A stretch of 64,000 bases of DNA from Anaerolineae bacterium (GTDB lineage Bacteria; Chloroflexota; Anaerolineae; Aggregatilineales; UBA3940): positions 1,551 to 65,550 of the forward strand of contig DAOTXW010000079.1 of the NCBI GenBank assembly GCA_034435035.1, read 5' to 3'. The position numbers were made by a program, and so were the translations under genes. This document shows positions 1-9,167 of this stretch, piece by piece; position 1 is the stretch's first letter; every line of letters begins with the position of its first letter. A model generated the notes under the pieces. The model was given only the letters and a program-made list of their open reading frames with translations. It made no database searches and was not told where the DNA came from.

Positions 1-2493
1 CCCTCGGGTTTCCCGGCAGCAGCCTCTCTGGCACGCGCAGGCCAAGCACCAGGGGGTGCGCGTCCGGCAGGAAGCCCGGGGCCGGCTGGCCCGGCTGCTC
101 GTCCGGCAGAGGATGAGGACGAGGAAGAAGATCAGGACGATGACAACGGCGGCCCATCCCCGGGCATCCAGCGACCCGGCACGTCTGCCACGGCTGGCCC
201 GCTGAGCGGACGCCCACCCACCCCTGGAGCGCCTGGCCCTATCCCGCGTCCGGGAGGCCCGCCGGGAGCAGGCTTGCCATCGGCGCCGCGTCCGGGTAGC
301 CCGGCAGGCACCGTGCCGGGTGGCAGTTCGAGCGCTCCACCGCGCCCTGGCGCGGAACGCTCCTTTGGCCCACCGCCTCCCGCCTCGATCGGCGGTAGCC
401 CTCTGTCGCGTCCCGGCCTTTCCTCTGCAAGCGGCGCCGCCAACAAGGCCAAGGAGGAGGACGAGGACGATATTTCATTTGACGATCTCCGGCAGGCGCC
501 CAGCCTTCTGGAAGAGATAGCAGACGAGGATGCCAGCGACAGCGCATCCGATGCAGCTATCCGCGATCTGGTGGAGGACGAAAAAGACCAGGATGAAGAA
601 CCACCCGGCAGAAACACGGGAAAAGTTGGTAGCGGCGGGAGCGACAGCCCGGCTGGACTCAATCCGGCTGGTCTGACTGCCGCCGCATCTGCCCCAACTG
701 TTCCCGTGTCGGCTTCGACACCAGCGCCGACCACGTCCGCCGGGGATCCCTCTTCAAGCAGGCCGGCAGTAGCCGACTCCGCACCGGCGGCGCCGCCGCG
801 CCCACCCCTGCCGGCTGCGTCCACCCCCTCTCCCAGCAGGCCTTCTGCCAGCCAGGTGGCGGCGCCTGACAGGCCGACGCCATCTTCCGGCGGCCCGGCG
901 AAAGTAGCCTCTGGCTCTACCAAGACCAAGATCGACTGGCGTCTGCCCGAGATCGAGAAGATGCTGGATCCGGGCGCAGCCAAGGCCATCAGCGACGAGG
1001 AACTGCGACGCCGTGCTGAGGTGATCGAACAGACCCTCTCAAGCTTTGGTGCACCGGGCCGGGTTGTGGAAGTAAACCAGGGGCCGGTAATCACACAGTT
1101 TGGCGTGGAGCCCGACTACATCGATGGGCGAGCCGGCAAGCGCATCAAGGTCAAAGTCGGTAAGATCAGCAGCCTGTCGGACGACCTGGCGCTGGCTCTG
1201 GCGGCTCCCTCCATCCGCATTGAAGCTCCTGTGCCGGGCAAAGGATTTGTTGGCGTCGAGGTCCCTAACTCAGAACCCAGCATCGTCACGCTGCGCTCAG
1301 TGATGGACACACCGGCCTTCCGCAATCTGGATGCTCCACTGGCAATGGCGCTCGGCCAGGATGTCTCAGGGCACCCCATCGTGACGGATCTCACTGCCAT
1401 GCCCCACCTGCTGATTGCGGGCACAACCGGATCCGGCAAGTCAGTCTGCGTCAACGGGATAATCTGCGGCATGCTCATGACGCATACCCCCGAAGACCTC
1501 AAGATGATCATGGTCGATCCCAAGCGGGTGGAGCTGACCAACTATAACGGCATCCCGCATCTGATGGCACCAGTAGTTACTGAGCTGGAGCGAATCGTGG
1601 GAGTGCTGAAGTGGGTTCAGCGCGAGATGGACGAGCGCTACCGGAGCTTCGCCATGGCCGGTGCGCGCAATATCACTGATTTCAATGAGAGAGTGGCTAA
1701 AGGCCAGATCAAAGATGGTAAGACGCTCCCCTATATCCTGGTGATCGTTGACGAACTGGCTGATCTGATGATGCTGGCTCCAGACGAAACAGAGCGCGTC
1801 ATTACCAGGTTGGCTCAGATGGCGCGGGCAACGGGAATTCATATCATCCTGAGCACTCAACGTCCCAGCGTGGATGTCGTCACCGGCCTGATCAAGGCCA
1901 ACTTTCCGGCCCGCATCGCTTTCGCTGTAGCGACCGGTGTTGACTCGCGGGTCATCCTGGATATGCCCGGCGCCGAGAAACTGCTGGGCCGGGGCGATAT
2001 GCTCTTCCAGGCCCCGGATGCCCCGCAGGCGATCCGCATGCAGGGTGTCTACGTCTCCGACCGGGAGATTCAACGCATCGTAGACTACTGGCGCGCTCAG
2101 GCTGCTGAACACGGCTATGCGCCGTCACAGGGGGCGTCCATCTTCGGTACAATCTCCTCGGGGACGGGCGGGCTGCGCTCACCCGTTGAAGACGCAGGCA
2201 GCCCCCGGCCTGTGCAAAAGGCGTTGTTTGACTCAGATGACGAAGAGGGCGATGCGGACGATATGTTCGACCAGGCCGTCGAACTGGTACGCGGCATGGA
2301 GAAAGCCTCCATTTCGCTTCTGCAGCGCCACCTGCGAATTGGCTACACCCGCGCTGCCCGCCTGATCGATCTGATGGAAGAGCGGGGTGTGATTGGGCCG
2401 CATGAAGGCGGCAGTAAGCCCCGTACGGTACTGGGCCCGGATGGACAGCCGCTGGGCGATGGCGGCGATGATGAAGAGGATCCAGGCGACTAG
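1..2493 (+). CDS. ftsK: DNA translocase FtsK/SpoIIIE (5' end lies outside the window)
   Basis: Frame 1 is open from nt 1; the ORF track starts at a TTG at 274 but no stop precedes it. Motor motifs are readable: Walker A AGTTGSGKS, Walker B ILVIVDELADLM, STQRPS. The C-terminal winged-helix gamma domain reads ISLLQRHLRIGYTRAARLIDLMEERGVIG. The first ~300 aa in the window are a P/A/S-rich linker with acidic patches. Confidence 0.9.
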   Translation, partial: PSGFPAAASLARAGQAPGGARPAGSPGPAGPAARPAEDEDEEEDQDDDNGGPSPGIQRPGTSATAGPLSGRPPTPGAPGPIPRPGGPPGAGLPSAPRPGSPAGTVPGGSSSAPPRPGAERSFGPPPPASIGGSPLSRPGLSSASGAANKAKEEDEDDISFDDLRQAPSLLEEIADEDASDSASDAAIRDLVEDEKDQDEEPPGRNTGKVGSGGSDSPAGLNPAGLTAAASAPTVPVSASTPAPTTSAGDPSSSRPAVADSAPAAPPRPPLPAASTPSPSRPSASQVAAPDRPTPSSGGPAKVASGSTKTKIDWRLPEIEKMLDPGAAKAISDEELRRRAEVIEQTLSSFGAPGRVVEVNQGPVITQFGVEPDYIDGRAGKRIKVKVGKISSLSDDLALALAAPSIRIEAPVPGKGFVGVEVPNSEPSIVTLRSVMDTPAFRNLDAPLAMALGQDVSGHPIVTDLTAMPHLLIAGTTGSGKSVCVNGIICGMLMTHTPEDLKMIMVDPKRVELTNYNGIPHLMAPVVTELERIVGVLKWVQREMDERYRSFAMAGARNITDFNERVAKGQIKDGKTLPYILVIVDELADLMMLAPDETERVITRLAQMARATGIHIILSTQRPSVDVVTGLIKANFPARIAFAVATGVDSRVILDMPGAEKLLGRGDMLFQAPDAPQAIRMQGVYVSDREIQRIVDYWRAQAAEHGYAPSQGASIFGTISSGTGGLRSPVEDAGSPRPVQKALFDSDDEEGDADDMFDQAVELVRGMEKASISLLQRHLRIGYTRAARLIDLMEERGVIGPHEGGSKPRTVLGPDGQPLGDGGDDEEDPGD

Positions 2494-2742
2494 AGCGCGG
2501 CAGCGCTTGCTGTGCCATGTCCCGACATTATTTCCCCAGGGATACGAGCCTATCACGCCCTGATGTTCCTTTCCTCTAAGGGAGAAGCGTCAGGGATGGG
2601 CGACAGGCCGGGCGAAAGCGCCTATTGCAGACGGCAGTCTCAGGCGCTATAGTCGCGAGGACTGGACAGTTACAATCGACCAACCCGGCAGGCGGAGACG
2701 GATTACAGCAATTCTCTGCCGAATCTACAAGGTAAACTGACA

Positions 2743-3450
2743 ATGGCCACCGGCTCAAAGCGAGTGCTCCTGGTATCCGACAGTACAGACATGGAGGTAC
2801 AGGGGCTCTCTGATGAACTGATGGGCGCTGGCTTTGAGGTAGTTCGAGTCGATGACGCCCTGGCCGCCCGCCGTCATATTGAGCGCACCGGGCTGCCCCA
2901 TCTGCTGATCGTTGATATGCGTCTACCCAGGCTGGAAGGCCTCAAGCTCTGCCAGGAGCTGTATGATGCGGCGGGTCTGCCGATCATTACGCTCTCCGGC
3001 CACAGCGATACTGCCGAAGCAGCGGTTGAAGCCCTGCAGTATGCAGATGACTTTATCAGGCGCCCATTTTCGCCTGTTGAGGCGACTGTCCGGGTCCGGC
3101 GGATCCTTTCGAGGATAGACAATTTTGCATACGCATCGGGGCCTGAGATCAGGATACATGACAATCTGTCACTCGATCAGGTCAACCGACAGATCAAGCT
3201 GCGAGGTGAGGTGCGCAAGCTCACGCCAACGGAGAACGCACTGTTAAGCGTGCTGTTGACGCATCGAGGGAAGATTGTAGACGCAGATACGTTGATCGAG
3301 CGTGTGTGGAGGTTGGATCCGACCATCAAGGACCGCAACGCCCTGCGCGTGCACATTCATCGGTTGCGCAACAAGATCGAGGATGACCCCGATCACCCTC
3401 ACCTGATTCTTACCGAGAGGGGCATCGGGTATAGCTTTGCTGAAAACTGA
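2743..3450 (+). CDS. OmpR/PhoB-family response regulator (receiver + winged-helix), atypical receiver
   Basis: Receiver with phospho-acceptor context LLIVDMRLP and ITLSGHSD. C-terminal trans_reg_C-like segment: LTPTENALLSVLL...RVHIHRLRNKIE...ERGIGYSF. The acidic pair is reduced (VSDS) and the conserved Lys is Arg (IRRPFSP). No histidine kinase is adjacent. Confidence 0.85.
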   Translation: MATGSKRVLLVSDSTDMEVQGLSDELMGAGFEVVRVDDALAARRHIERTGLPHLLIVDMRLPRLEGLKLCQELYDAAGLPIITLSGHSDTAEAAVEALQYADDFIRRPFSPVEATVRVRRILSRIDNFAYASGPEIRIHDNLSLDQVNRQIKLRGEVRKLTPTENALLSVLLTHRGKIVDADTLIERVWRLDPTIKDRNALRVHIHRLRNKIEDDPDHPHLILTERGIGYSFAEN

Positions 3451-3473
3451 GCACCGAATCACTCCGAATGCAA

Positions 3474-3508
3474 CAAGGGGCAGCCTGATCGGCGCCCCTT
3501 GCTGTTTA
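3474..3508 (+). terminator. Candidate intrinsic terminator after the response regulator
   Basis: Stem caaggggc / gccccttg (8 bp) with a 12-nt loop, followed by ctgTTTa. It sits 24 nt after the stop in a convergent gap. The T-tract is short. Confidence 0.35.
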
Positions 3509-3526
3509 CCTGCTGCATCTATCGCA

Positions 3527-5929
3527 TTACGGCGACCTATGGATCTGAAGCGTCCGCAACACCAGATGATCTTGGACCAGGTCTGACCCCGATACGCTGA
3601 CGGGCAGGCGTTCAAGCGAGGGCCAGCTGTAGATCACGACCCAGATCTGGTACTCGCCAGGAGGAAGTGTCTCCGGCAGAATGAAGCCATAGTTGTCGCG
3701 GATCGGCTCGCCGGGCTGCCATTGACTGGTCGGGGCAAACCCCATCACTGGCGCCCGATCCTGCTGGAGCACTACCTGTCCTGCCTCATTGATGAGATAC
3801 ACCGCGAAGGTGTAGTCAGCCTCAATGGCGCTGCCTGACCGCCATAGTAGCGACACACCCAGCCCAGCGCCGGGCTGCAGACGATCGAGCGATGCCTGCG
3901 GCTTATTCATCACCAGATCGTATCCTACCAGACGGATCGAGCTGCCAAAGCGTGCGGTTGAGGGGTTGGCGGGCGGAGCATCTGCCGAAGGAGCCCGCAG
4001 GGGCACATACTGCACGAGCCGCACCAGCGGGGTATAGTCCACTGCTCCTGCCGGAAACGCAGCGGTTGCCACGAAATGCTCCACCGGACGGGTAGCGCAG
4101 GGGACCAGCGGCCCATTATCCGAAACCAGCCAGCCAACCGGGTTCTGTTGCTGAACGCGCCCAATCATGCTCACTGAGACCGGATCGATCTGTTCGTCCA
4201 GTTTGTGTGAAAGCACGTCCGGGATGTGTTCGCAGCTGTAACGTTCGCCTGGAGAGAGGGGCAGGCTATACCACAGCGTGCGCCCTTTGAAGTAGTTCAT
4301 GAAGTGCGGCACATAGTGGGGTGTAGTCAGAAAGATCACGTCATCAGGCCCCGCCCTGGCCAGCAGATCGGCTCTCAGTGCATGCAGATCCTGGTTATGT
4401 CCCTCAAAGCGTGGATCGGGATAAGCCCGGGCCAGAAGGATCAGGGTCGCTCCAGCAGTCAGCAGCGGCAGCGATCCTGTGACCAGCCGGGACCTGTGTG
4501 ACAGGTCGCCCTGGAGGCGGAGCCTGGTCAGCCAGATCGCGGCAGCAGTTATGGAGATCGCGACCACAAATAGGGATACAAGGTCGGCCCGCGGCCACAA
4601 CCAGACTATATCCGGGGTTGCCAATGGCAAGAACAGCAGGCTGCCCAGGGCCTGAGACCAGCGCACGCTCCAGATAATCGCATCATTCCAGGGCGTCAGA
4701 CCGGTAGCCATCTGCTGATACCCATAATACTCGTGAACATTGACGTACAGGCCGCCTGCCTGAACCAGTAGCCCGCACAGCGCCAGGCCCCCCAGCAAGA
4801 CGCAGGGAAGTCTGCGGCGTGCGCTCAGGATGCGGTCAAGCAGCGGCAGGGCGCCCAGCATCAGAAACGGGGTGAGGGGCAGCATATAGCGTGCGCCCCA
4901 GCCGGCCCCTCCGTGCCACAGCTCTTGCCGGATGGCGCCATAGACCAGGGCGAATGCCAGCGCCAATATCAACGGGAGCCACGCCTCGCGCCAGCGGCTG
5001 CGCCCGGCAACAAGCGGCGCAGCCAGCGACATCATCAGCACCGGTGAGTACCAGAAGACTCCCTTGGCCGGGCTGAACAGATAACCCAGTGTGGGGTACC
5101 AGGCTTTGGGCAGACCTTCGGCAAAGTCGCTCAGCCGGGCAAGCACCTCATATCGGCCGGTGACTGCTTCCCACTGTTCACGGTAGAACACAACCCCCAG
5201 GGCCAGCCCTGTTATCAGAATGGCCAGCACTGCCGCGATGATGAATATCTCGCGTCGTCGGCTTGCCAGGATAGCCCCGCCGGGATAGGCCATCAGCAGC
5301 AGGACAGGCAGCGCGATTAGCGTCGCTTCCTTGCTGAGCAGTGCCAGCACCACCGTGAAAATCCCGATCGCCAGCCATTTCCAGTGCCGATGCTCATGTG
5401 CCTGAAACGCGTGTCGCCACCGGTCAAGGCAAAAAGCAGCCGCCAGCAGATTCAATGTAGTCAGGGGCTCGCGGAAGAAAGTCTTGGTATAGGGCACCGC
5501 AATAGTGGTCAGGCCAAAAAGCAGCGCGGCAGCCAGCGCTGTGCGTTCCCGGTAGCCCAACTCCAGTGCGAAGGCGAATACCAGCATGGCCGTGAGCGCC
5601 GTGATCGCCGGGTTGAACAGATAGATGGCATGGACGTTGCCGATCCAGGGGATCTGGTAAGCCAGCCAGTAAAGCGGAACGGCCAGGATAGGCTGAGCAG
5701 GCTCTACGTCAGTGGTTTGCAGGCCGCGGAGGTAGACGGTTTCGTTCAGCAGCAGCCTATCCGGCCCGGTGCGTACAGTGAAACTATCCGTTGTATCGAT
5801 GATGAACTGCTCATCGTCTGACCGGAACATGCCGGAGAAGCCCAGCATATAAACCATAAACAGCAGAACCCCGAGCGCCAGCGCGATCCAGGCATGCCGG
5901 GATCGATTAGAGGACAGAATAGCGATCAT
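3527..5929 (-). CDS. GT-C fold membrane glycosyltransferase (GT39/GT83, ArnT/PMT-like) with a large C-terminal soluble domain
   Basis: More than 10 hydrophobic helices. An acidic SDDE motif follows TM1 directly, as in the first external loop of GT-C enzymes. A ~300-aa C-terminal non-membrane domain follows. The ATGA start/stop overlap with the upstream gene (5926-5929) favours a start at 5929 over the ORF-track 5983. Confidence 0.6.
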   Translation of the reverse strand: MIAILSSNRSRHAWIALALGVLLFMVYMLGFSGMFRSDDEQFIIDTTDSFTVRTGPDRLLLNETVYLRGLQTTDVEPAQPILAVPLYWLAYQIPWIGNVHAIYLFNPAITALTAMLVFAFALELGYRERTALAAALLFGLTTIAVPYTKTFFREPLTTLNLLAAAFCLDRWRHAFQAHEHRHWKWLAIGIFTVVLALLSKEATLIALPVLLLMAYPGGAILASRRREIFIIAAVLAILITGLALGVVFYREQWEAVTGRYEVLARLSDFAEGLPKAWYPTLGYLFSPAKGVFWYSPVLMMSLAAPLVAGRSRWREAWLPLILALAFALVYGAIRQELWHGGAGWGARYMLPLTPFLMLGALPLLDRILSARRRLPCVLLGGLALCGLLVQAGGLYVNVHEYYGYQQMATGLTPWNDAIIWSVRWSQALGSLLFLPLATPDIVWLWPRADLVSLFVVAISITAAAIWLTRLRLQGDLSHRSRLVTGSLPLLTAGATLILLARAYPDPRFEGHNQDLHALRADLLARAGPDDVIFLTTPHYVPHFMNYFKGRTLWYSLPLSPGERYSCEHIPDVLSHKLDEQIDPVSVSMIGRVQQQNPVGWLVSDNGPLVPCATRPVEHFVATAAFPAGAVDYTPLVRLVQYVPLRAPSADAPPANPSTARFGSSIRLVGYDLVMNKPQASLDRLQPGAGLGVSLLWRSGSAIEADYTFAVYLINEAGQVVLQQDRAPVMGFAPTSQWQPGEPIRDNYGFILPETLPPGEYQIWVVIYSWPSLERLPVSVSGSDLVQDHLVLRTLQIHRSP

Positions 5930-6960
5930 AAAGGAGGCGGTACAGTGTGGATGTCGGCTGCGGAGGTGCTTTTGAACCGCCACTCAAGCCAGATCAACCC
6001 GGCGATGAAGGTGACTGCCAGGCCGGCGAGGATCAGACGGGCCTGCAATGGCGTGGCGTCGCGCAGCATCAGGGCAATCAGCCCCAGCGTGGCAGCTATA
6101 ATGTAGAGAGTCATCACGGCACGGGCAGGCGGCATTCCCATGACGGACATTAATCGATGCGAAAAATGATCTTTGCCGCCTTGATAGATGGGGGTGCGCC
6201 GCCGGATGCGCGAAAGCACCACCAGCGTGGTATCAAAGATGGGCAGGCCCAAGATGACAACAGGTATCATCCAGGTGACTTCGAGCGGGCGCCCCGTAAA
6301 CTCCAGCTTGATCCCCAGCACAGCCAGTACAAACCCCAGCAGCAGGCTGCCGGCGTCGCCCATGAACAAAGTCGCCGGACTGAAGTTGTAGTAGAGAAAT
6401 CCAACACACGCTCCCAGCGTGGCTGCTGCCAGGCTGGCTACCAGACCCAGCCCTTCTACTACCGCCACGGTGAAGAAGAAGCCACTGGCCACCATGGCGA
6501 TGCCCGCAGCCAATCCATCCATATTGTCCAGAAAGTTGAGCGCGTTGCAGATGCCGATCACCCAGAAGAAGGTCATCCCTACATTGAGCACATGAGAATG
6601 AAACAGGGTGACCTGAATGCCAGACCACACCAGTATACTGGCAGCCGCAAGCTGGCCTGCCATCTTGAAAAGTGGGCGCATCCCACGGCGATCATCCCAC
6701 AACCCAACCGCGGTTACAATCGTTGCTCCACCGAGCACTCCCAGCACTTCCTGATACTCACGGATGCTGCTCACGGCCATCGCGGTGACCAGGCCGATAT
6801 AGATCGCCACACCGCCAAGCATTGGCACCGGAGCGACGTGCAGCTTACGTGCCTCCGGGTTGTCAACAAAATTAATAGCCTGAGCCAGTTTGCGGATCAG
6901 GGGGGTGGCAATGAAGGAGATCAGGCCCGATGCAAGTATCACTGGGATGAACACACTCAT
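5926..6960 (-). CDS. Polyprenyl-phosphate HexNAc-1-phosphate transferase (MraY/WecA/TagO family)
   Basis: Polytopic protein with family motifs LWDDRRGM, NALNFLDNMDGLAAG and FMGDAGSLLLGF. It is the likely initiating transferase of the cluster. ATGA overlap with the upstream gene at 6957-6960. Confidence 0.85.
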   Translation of the reverse strand: MSVFIPVILASGLISFIATPLIRKLAQAINFVDNPEARKLHVAPVPMLGGVAIYIGLVTAMAVSSIREYQEVLGVLGGATIVTAVGLWDDRRGMRPLFKMAGQLAAASILVWSGIQVTLFHSHVLNVGMTFFWVIGICNALNFLDNMDGLAAGIAMVASGFFFTVAVVEGLGLVASLAAATLGACVGFLYYNFSPATLFMGDAGSLLLGFVLAVLGIKLEFTGRPLEVTWMIPVVILGLPIFDTTLVVLSRIRRRTPIYQGGKDHFSHRLMSVMGMPPARAVMTLYIIAATLGLIALMLRDATPLQARLILAGLAVTFIAGLIWLEWRFKSTSAADIHTVPPPL

Positions 6961-8204
6961 AGTCGCCTATCCTCAGCGGGATGGCCGTCCGGCACCGGAG
7001 AGCCCGCGTCTATTCCCTTCTGCGCCAGCAGCTCAGTATAGAGACTGCGAATATCTGATACCAGGCGCTCGACACCATATTGCGCCAGTGCCTGCCGGCG
7101 CGCCTCCGCCAGCCGCGCAGATTGATCTGATGCCAGAATGTGAATGACTGCCTGCGCCAATGCCCCGGCGTCGTCCGGCGGCACCAATTCGCCATAGGCG
7201 CCACCGCCCAGCACATCGGGAACCCCCCCGACAGCGGTTGCGATAACCGGGACGCCTGCCGCCATCGCTTCGATGATAGACACGGGGGTACCCTCGTTGC
7301 GCGACGAGATCACCAGTGCATCAAGGTCGGCATAGATGGCCGGCAAATCATCGCGCCAGCCAGTGAAGTACATACAGTCACTCAGGTTCAGTCTCTCTGC
7401 GAGCGCCTTCAGTTCATCAAGGCGTTCGCCCCCACCCACGACAACAAATCGGGCTTGGGTGATCTGGCTGCGAATTATCTGGGCCGCATTGAAAAAAAGG
7501 TCGTGGTTTTTGATCGGCACCAGCCGACCGATAATACCGATCAGCGGCGCTTCTGTCGAGATTCCCAGCTCGTTCCGGAGGGCGCCCTGCAGAGCATCGG
7601 CTCCCGCAAAGGGAGCCAGGTTCAGCCCGAGAGGCAAAACACGGATGCGTGTCGGCGGGGCGATCCGGAACGCCAGCAAATCGTCACGCAGACCATCGCT
7701 GATGGTCAGCACCGCATCAGACAGGCGGGCAGCCGCCCGTTCCAGCCACAGGAACATCTGTGTGCGCAGCGGGCCGAAGTAGCCGCGGAAGACATGTCCG
7801 TGAAATGTATGCACAATCACCGGCACGCGACACACGTAGGCTGCCAGTCGGCCGATCAGCCCGGCTTTGGCAGTATGTGTATGCACAACCTCCGGTCGCT
7901 CGCGCCTGATCAACCGGATCAGATCCACCAACGCGCGCAGGTCACTGAGCGGGGCGATTTCGCGCTGCATAGTAGAGATGATGATCGGCTCAATGCCCAG
8001 ATCATGGGCCAGGTAGGTCATGTCGCCTTCGTGCTCCCCGATCTGGCCGGTCACCAGGGTGGTCCAGAACTGCTCATCACGCAGGGCTCCGGTCAGCAGA
8101 GCCACGTGGATCGCTGGCCCGCCGATATTCAGCCGGGCAATAATGCGCATCACCCGGATAGGTCTGCCGGACCGGCAATCTGCTGTCTGGGCCTGACGGG
8201 TCAT
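6957..8204 (-). CDS. Glycosyltransferase, GT-B fold (GT4 family)
   Basis: N-terminal MRIIARLNIGGPAIHV and C-terminal EGTPVSIIEAMAAGVPVIATAVGG (E-x7-E-type donor-binding region). ATGA coupling at 8201-8204; an internal Met at 8150 is an alternative start. Confidence 0.8.
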   Translation of the reverse strand: MTRQAQTADCRSGRPIRVMRIIARLNIGGPAIHVALLTGALRDEQFWTTLVTGQIGEHEGDMTYLAHDLGIEPIIISTMQREIAPLSDLRALVDLIRLIRRERPEVVHTHTAKAGLIGRLAAYVCRVPVIVHTFHGHVFRGYFGPLRTQMFLWLERAAARLSDAVLTISDGLRDDLLAFRIAPPTRIRVLPLGLNLAPFAGADALQGALRNELGISTEAPLIGIIGRLVPIKNHDLFFNAAQIIRSQITQARFVVVGGGERLDELKALAERLNLSDCMYFTGWRDDLPAIYADLDALVISSRNEGTPVSIIEAMAAGVPVIATAVGGVPDVLGGGAYGELVPPDDAGALAQAVIHILASDQSARLAEARRQALAQYGVERLVSDIRSLYTELLAQKGIDAGSPVPDGHPAEDRRL

Positions 8205-9142
8205 TGTTTGCGATACCAGTCAACGGTAAGACGCACCCCTTCAAGGAAGGGAATCGTCGGCTCATATCCCATGCGCTGGCGCGCCTTGCTGATATCTGCC
8301 CGTGAGTGTCGGATATCACCGGAACGCGCCTCAGCATAGTGAGGCGCAATGCCGCAGCCTGTGATCTCCTGCAGGATCTCCACCAGCTGGTTCAGCGAGA
8401 CCTGCCCCCCGGCTGCCAGATTGAAGACCTCCCCGGACACCTGGTGGGCAGGCGCCCGCGCAGCCAGCAGATTAGCCGCCACAACGTTGCCAACATAGGT
8501 AAAGTCGCGGGTCTGCTCGCCATCCCCATAGATCACCGGTGGCTGCCCGTGGAGCAGTGCACTGATGAAACGTGGAATCACCGCTGCATAGGCGCTGCCG
8601 GGGTCCTGCCGCGGGCCAAACACATTGAAATAGCGCAGGCATACCGTCTCAAGACCGTAGACATGGGTGAACACCTGGCAGTATCGTTCAGCCGCCATCT
8701 TAGCCACCCCATAGGGTGAGATTGGCCGGGGGACCATCGTCTCGGTCTTGGCCAGATCAGGGTCTTGATCACCATAGATGGAGGAGGAGGAGGCGTAGAT
8801 CACGCGCCGTACGCCAGCTTCGCGGCTGGCCACCAGCACATGCAGCGTAGCGTTGACATTCGCCATGTTCGACTCGACCGGGTCAGATACTGAGCGCGGC
8901 ACAGAAGGGATCGCGCCGTGATGCAGTACCACCTCCATGTCGCGCACAGCCCGCCGGACGTCATCCAGCACGGTCAGATCGCCTTCCAGCAGATCGATCT
9001 GCCCAGTCACGTCGGCCAGGTTTTCCCGCTTACCCGTTGAGAAGTTGTCCAGCACCCGCACCGCATGGCCCTGCTCCAGCAGGGCCCGCACCAAGTTAGA
9101 TCCGATGAACCCTGCGCCGCCGGTTATCAGAAAGTTCGTCAC
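8201..9142 (-). CDS. NAD-dependent nucleotide-sugar epimerase/dehydratase (extended SDR)
   Basis: Rossmann motif ITGGAGFIGSNL, catalytic SSSSIYG...YGVAKMAAE (YxxxK), and FNVFGPRQDP typical of UDP-sugar 4-epimerases. Confidence 0.8.
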   Translation of the reverse strand: MTNFLITGGAGFIGSNLVRALLEQGHAVRVLDNFSTGKRENLADVTGQIDLLEGDLTVLDDVRRAVRDMEVVLHHGAIPSVPRSVSDPVESNMANVNATLHVLVASREAGVRRVIYASSSSIYGDQDPDLAKTETMVPRPISPYGVAKMAAERYCQVFTHVYGLETVCLRYFNVFGPRQDPGSAYAAVIPRFISALLHGQPPVIYGDGEQTRDFTYVGNVVAANLLAARAPAHQVSGEVFNLAAGGQVSLNQLVEILQEITGCGIAPHYAEARSGDIRHSRADISKARQRMGYEPTIPFLEGVRLTVDWYRKQ

Positions 9143-9167
9143 AGTAGATAGCGTCTCTTACTCAGGT

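Noticed and set aside
132-1094. 320-aa minus-strand ORF (plus shorter ones) antisense to the ftsK linker
   Set aside because: Its composition is low-complexity G/P/A/S/R, mirroring the P/A/S-rich sense strand. It has no recognisable domain or RBS. It is the typical long antisense ORF of high-GC DNA, and the sense frame carries unmistakable FtsK motifs downstream.
7140-8339. 399-aa plus-strand ORF antisense to the GT4 and epimerase genes
   Set aside because: The translation is rich in R/H/Q/D with no domain signature, whereas the opposite strand encodes clear GT-B and SDR motifs. High-GC antisense artefact.
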